Positions 61,568 to 64,000 of a stretch of 64,000 nt of DNA are shown here, in pieces. The notes beneath the pieces were generated by a model. The model saw nothing but the letters and a program-made list of their open reading frames with translations, had not been told where the DNA came from and searched no databases. The translations under genes were made by a program, and so were the position numbers. The DNA lies in NCBI GenBank assembly GCA_037447605.1, contig CM074808.1, positions 1 through 64,000 of the forward strand. Reading direction: 5' to 3'. The stretch's first letter is position 1; each line of letters opens with the position of its first letter. Origin of the DNA: Zygnema circumcarinatum SAG 698-1b (taxonomy: Eukaryota; Plantae; Zygnematophyceae).

Positions 61568-61640
61568 GTAGAAGGTTGTGGGCATGGCCGGAGGGGAACT
61601 CCCGGGGCCGTACATCTCGAAAGGTGATTGGCGACAAGCA
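61568..61640 (-). mobile_element. Small relic of the same RLE non-LTR family
   Basis: CRQSPFEMYGPGSSPPAMPTTFY versus CAHRSFEMHGPGSPPPAILATFY in ORF 8236-8754. The DNA ccggggccgtacatctcgaaag matches ccggggccgtgcatctcgaaag. Confidence 0.75.
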
Positions 61641-62317
61641 TTCAACATCAGCATTGGCTGGTTTTTAGGAGATACAGAGAGCAACGTAAAATGGTACAAA
61701 CGAAAAGATTGCTCAGCGTCTTTATACTAGAATTATTATAAGACGTTTTCATATTGTGTAACTTTTTTTCCAAGATAATTTCCTTCTGATAAAAAAATGT
61801 CGACGACAGTTGCAGGATCTTGAGGGCCTCTGCAAGATGGTGATGACGTGTGGTCACCCGTAACGGGGAGCACAAGCCGTTCAATCCGACGGTCTTGAAC
61901 GCAGAGCAAAGCCTCCATTCGACGGTGCAGATCATTGGCAAGTACGACCCATGCCCGCACGCCTTCACAGCCCTCCTTGCAACTCAAGATGCCCTCCGAC
62001 GGAGGAGCACTCGACTGCAGCACACAGACACACATGCCGTGCCCGCCTCTCTTTCTCTCCACTCCCTGACGATCACAACTACCTTCTTCTTCTGTACCTC
62101 AGAGAAAGGAAAGCAACCTGCCGCTGCTTCTGCTGTAGGAAGGCGAGCCAGAGGATATCATCTTCAGGCGCCTGCCATGACTCCCCAGCGCGCGAATGGA
62201 CGTACAAATGGCACCGAGCCCCTACCATCGAGTTACGACTTGCCAACCTTTCCAGATCTAAACTTCTAAACCTGCAGGTTTGCTGATCAGACAACTTGCC
62301 ATTTCCCAAGTTCTTTA

Positions 62318-64000
62318 TCAAGAGGACCCCCCTCTCCATGTGTTCCTCGAGCCCCCTCGCCCCGTCTCCCCATAGCCCCCCCCTGGCGGGAAGTGGCGGA
62401 AGTCGTCCTCTTGTGTTTGCCGCGCGTGTGTCCACGGTCTGCCGCGGGCCTCCTCAAACGGAGGGGGGCCGTTCTGCGTCTGCACGAGGGGCCAAAAAAT
62501 GAGAGGGACAATGCCACAGACCCACAGAAGCAGGACAACCCCAGAAGGCTGCAAAGCCCTTGAAGAACTGCACCACAAATAAGATATGCGGAAAGGCCAA
62601 AGCACCCCCCACCTTTGGTGCGGCAGAGGCGGCCATCCGGCGCAGCGCCCTCCCGCCCTCCCGCCGCCGCTGCCTGTGCAGCCTCTGCACCGCCTCGAAC
62701 TGCTGCATGCGCTCCTCGAAGTCGAAGCTCTGAACTGCTTTAGCATCCGCATGCGAGTTGCCCTCCAAGTCGTCTGTACTTGATGTTTTCAAACTGCGGA
62801 TCTCCTCCGCATTCGGGTTTTTCGGGTTTCCAAAGGTGAAGGCATGGCCGCCGGGAGCCATGGCTCCCGCTGAGGGAGCACGTGACGAGACATTAGTTTG
62901 CTCCTCGTAAGGGAGAGGAGTGAGAGGTGCCGCCGCGTCTTCCCCCGGAAAGGGTGCTTCCCGGAAAGGGATTATTCTCTTTTCAGCTTCGTCTTGGCTG
63001 GGCCTCCCTCGAGAAGGGAGGGGAATTTGCATGAGGGCATGAGTGGGAACTGACTTCAGACGCGTACGGAGAACTTTGAAGGCCCCGCTTTGCTGCATAT
63101 ACACAGAGAATACAAAAGAGGCGAATGAAAAGGGAACGGCGAAATGAATTCTCGTTAAAACAGGAATTTTCAGTTCTCTGCCACCCCCATTTTTTGTGGG
63201 GGTAGACAAAGTACATAAGAAAGCTCAAAAACGATTCCTGGTTTTTGCCACCACGAGGTGGTCGGGAGGCACCTGAGGAAGAAGCATGAGGAGGCCGTAG
63301 AGAGTCTTCAAGAGGGCCGAGTACCGCCCCGGCTCCAAAAGCTGTGCAGCCTCCCCCCCCTCCCAACAGCTCAGGCAGTGCCAGGACTGGCGTGCAGAGG
63401 GACCGCAGAGGCAGGTGGGCTTTAGAGCAACAAGGGGAGGATCATGCCTGGAGGTGCGCAGTCATATGCCGTGCTTTGCATACTTTCTCTACCTTGTCTA
63501 CAAGAAGACCATAATTTAGGACGGGCAAGAATGATGAGCCATCGCACTCCAGGCATGGAATAAGTTCAGACCTTAAACCCAGTCCTAACTCAGCCATAAG
63601 CGTACCTCTAGTTCTCTATTTTCACCTCACCTCGATCTTCCTGACCCTACTGCCAAAAACCCTGAACCTGCCCCTACGCAAGCCAAGTCCTGTCCCTAAG
63701 CCTGATCCCCGAACCCCACAAGCCCTGAGCTTCTCCCAGACGAGTGCAGACCTGCAGGCGGAGGTAGGCGAAGATGGGCGTCTCGAGGAGGTGCACGAGG
63801 CGGTCGAGCTGCACGAGGAGGTTCGCGTTGATGTCGTCCTCCCCGAGCGAGGCGAGCATGGCCGCCGCGTGGCCGTACGCCTGCGCGAGGAGGCAGAGGC
63901 TGAGCGCGGCCGCGGGGGAGTGGCACCACGACCGGTGCAGCGCGCCGAAGAACGCGCGGCCCTCCGCCAATACCAGGGACCGCTTCAGGAGGGCGCGCAG
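62318..64000 (-). CDS. VAC14: VAC14 homologue (PIKfyve/FAB1 complex scaffold), 3' part; the gene extends beyond the window
   Basis: FFGALHRSWCHSPAAALSLCLLAQAY...LLVQLDRLVHLLETPIFAYLRLQ|LLEPGRYSALLKTLYGLLMLLPQ|QSGAFKVLRTRLKSVP...DFEERMQQFEAVQ, the Vac14 Fig4-binding region. The exact final exon and stop are uncertain. Confidence 0.92.

Overview
Eukaryotic, intron-rich nuclear DNA, most likely from a streptophyte green alga. This is an inference from FBL17, RIQ/DUF1118, RBM48 and LCBK2 homologues, GC-rich exons and GA/CT-microsatellite-filled introns; the species cannot be determined. By manual translation and splice-site tracing I find ten spliced protein-coding genes: LCBK2-like DAGK-family lipid kinase (-), DUF1118/RIQ2-like thylakoid protein (+), a cyanobacterial-type ArnT/GT-C glycosyltransferase with a plastid-type transit peptide (-), an ACT-domain alpha-glucan phosphorylase (+), a divergent 2-oxoglutarate dehydrogenase E1 (-), RabB/Rab2 (-), a three-qRRM hnRNP F/H-like protein (+), FBL17 (+), RBM48 (-) and the 3' part of VAC14 (-). 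Also present are three fragments of an RLE-type (CRE-like) non-LTR retrotransposon (one with a 12-bp TSD), a GGCC-anchored minisatellite at the window start, many microsatellites and three 10-N assembly gaps. The most interesting leads are the plastid-targeted ArnT-like enzyme sitting head-to-head with the ACT-phosphorylase, recurrent palindromic CCGTAC (SBP/SPL-type) clusters in promoters, a miRNA-like hairpin, and an inverted pentamer-repeat pair predicted to pair through G-U wobbles. Homology calls come from recalled family motifs, not database searches. Some gene ends are approximate.
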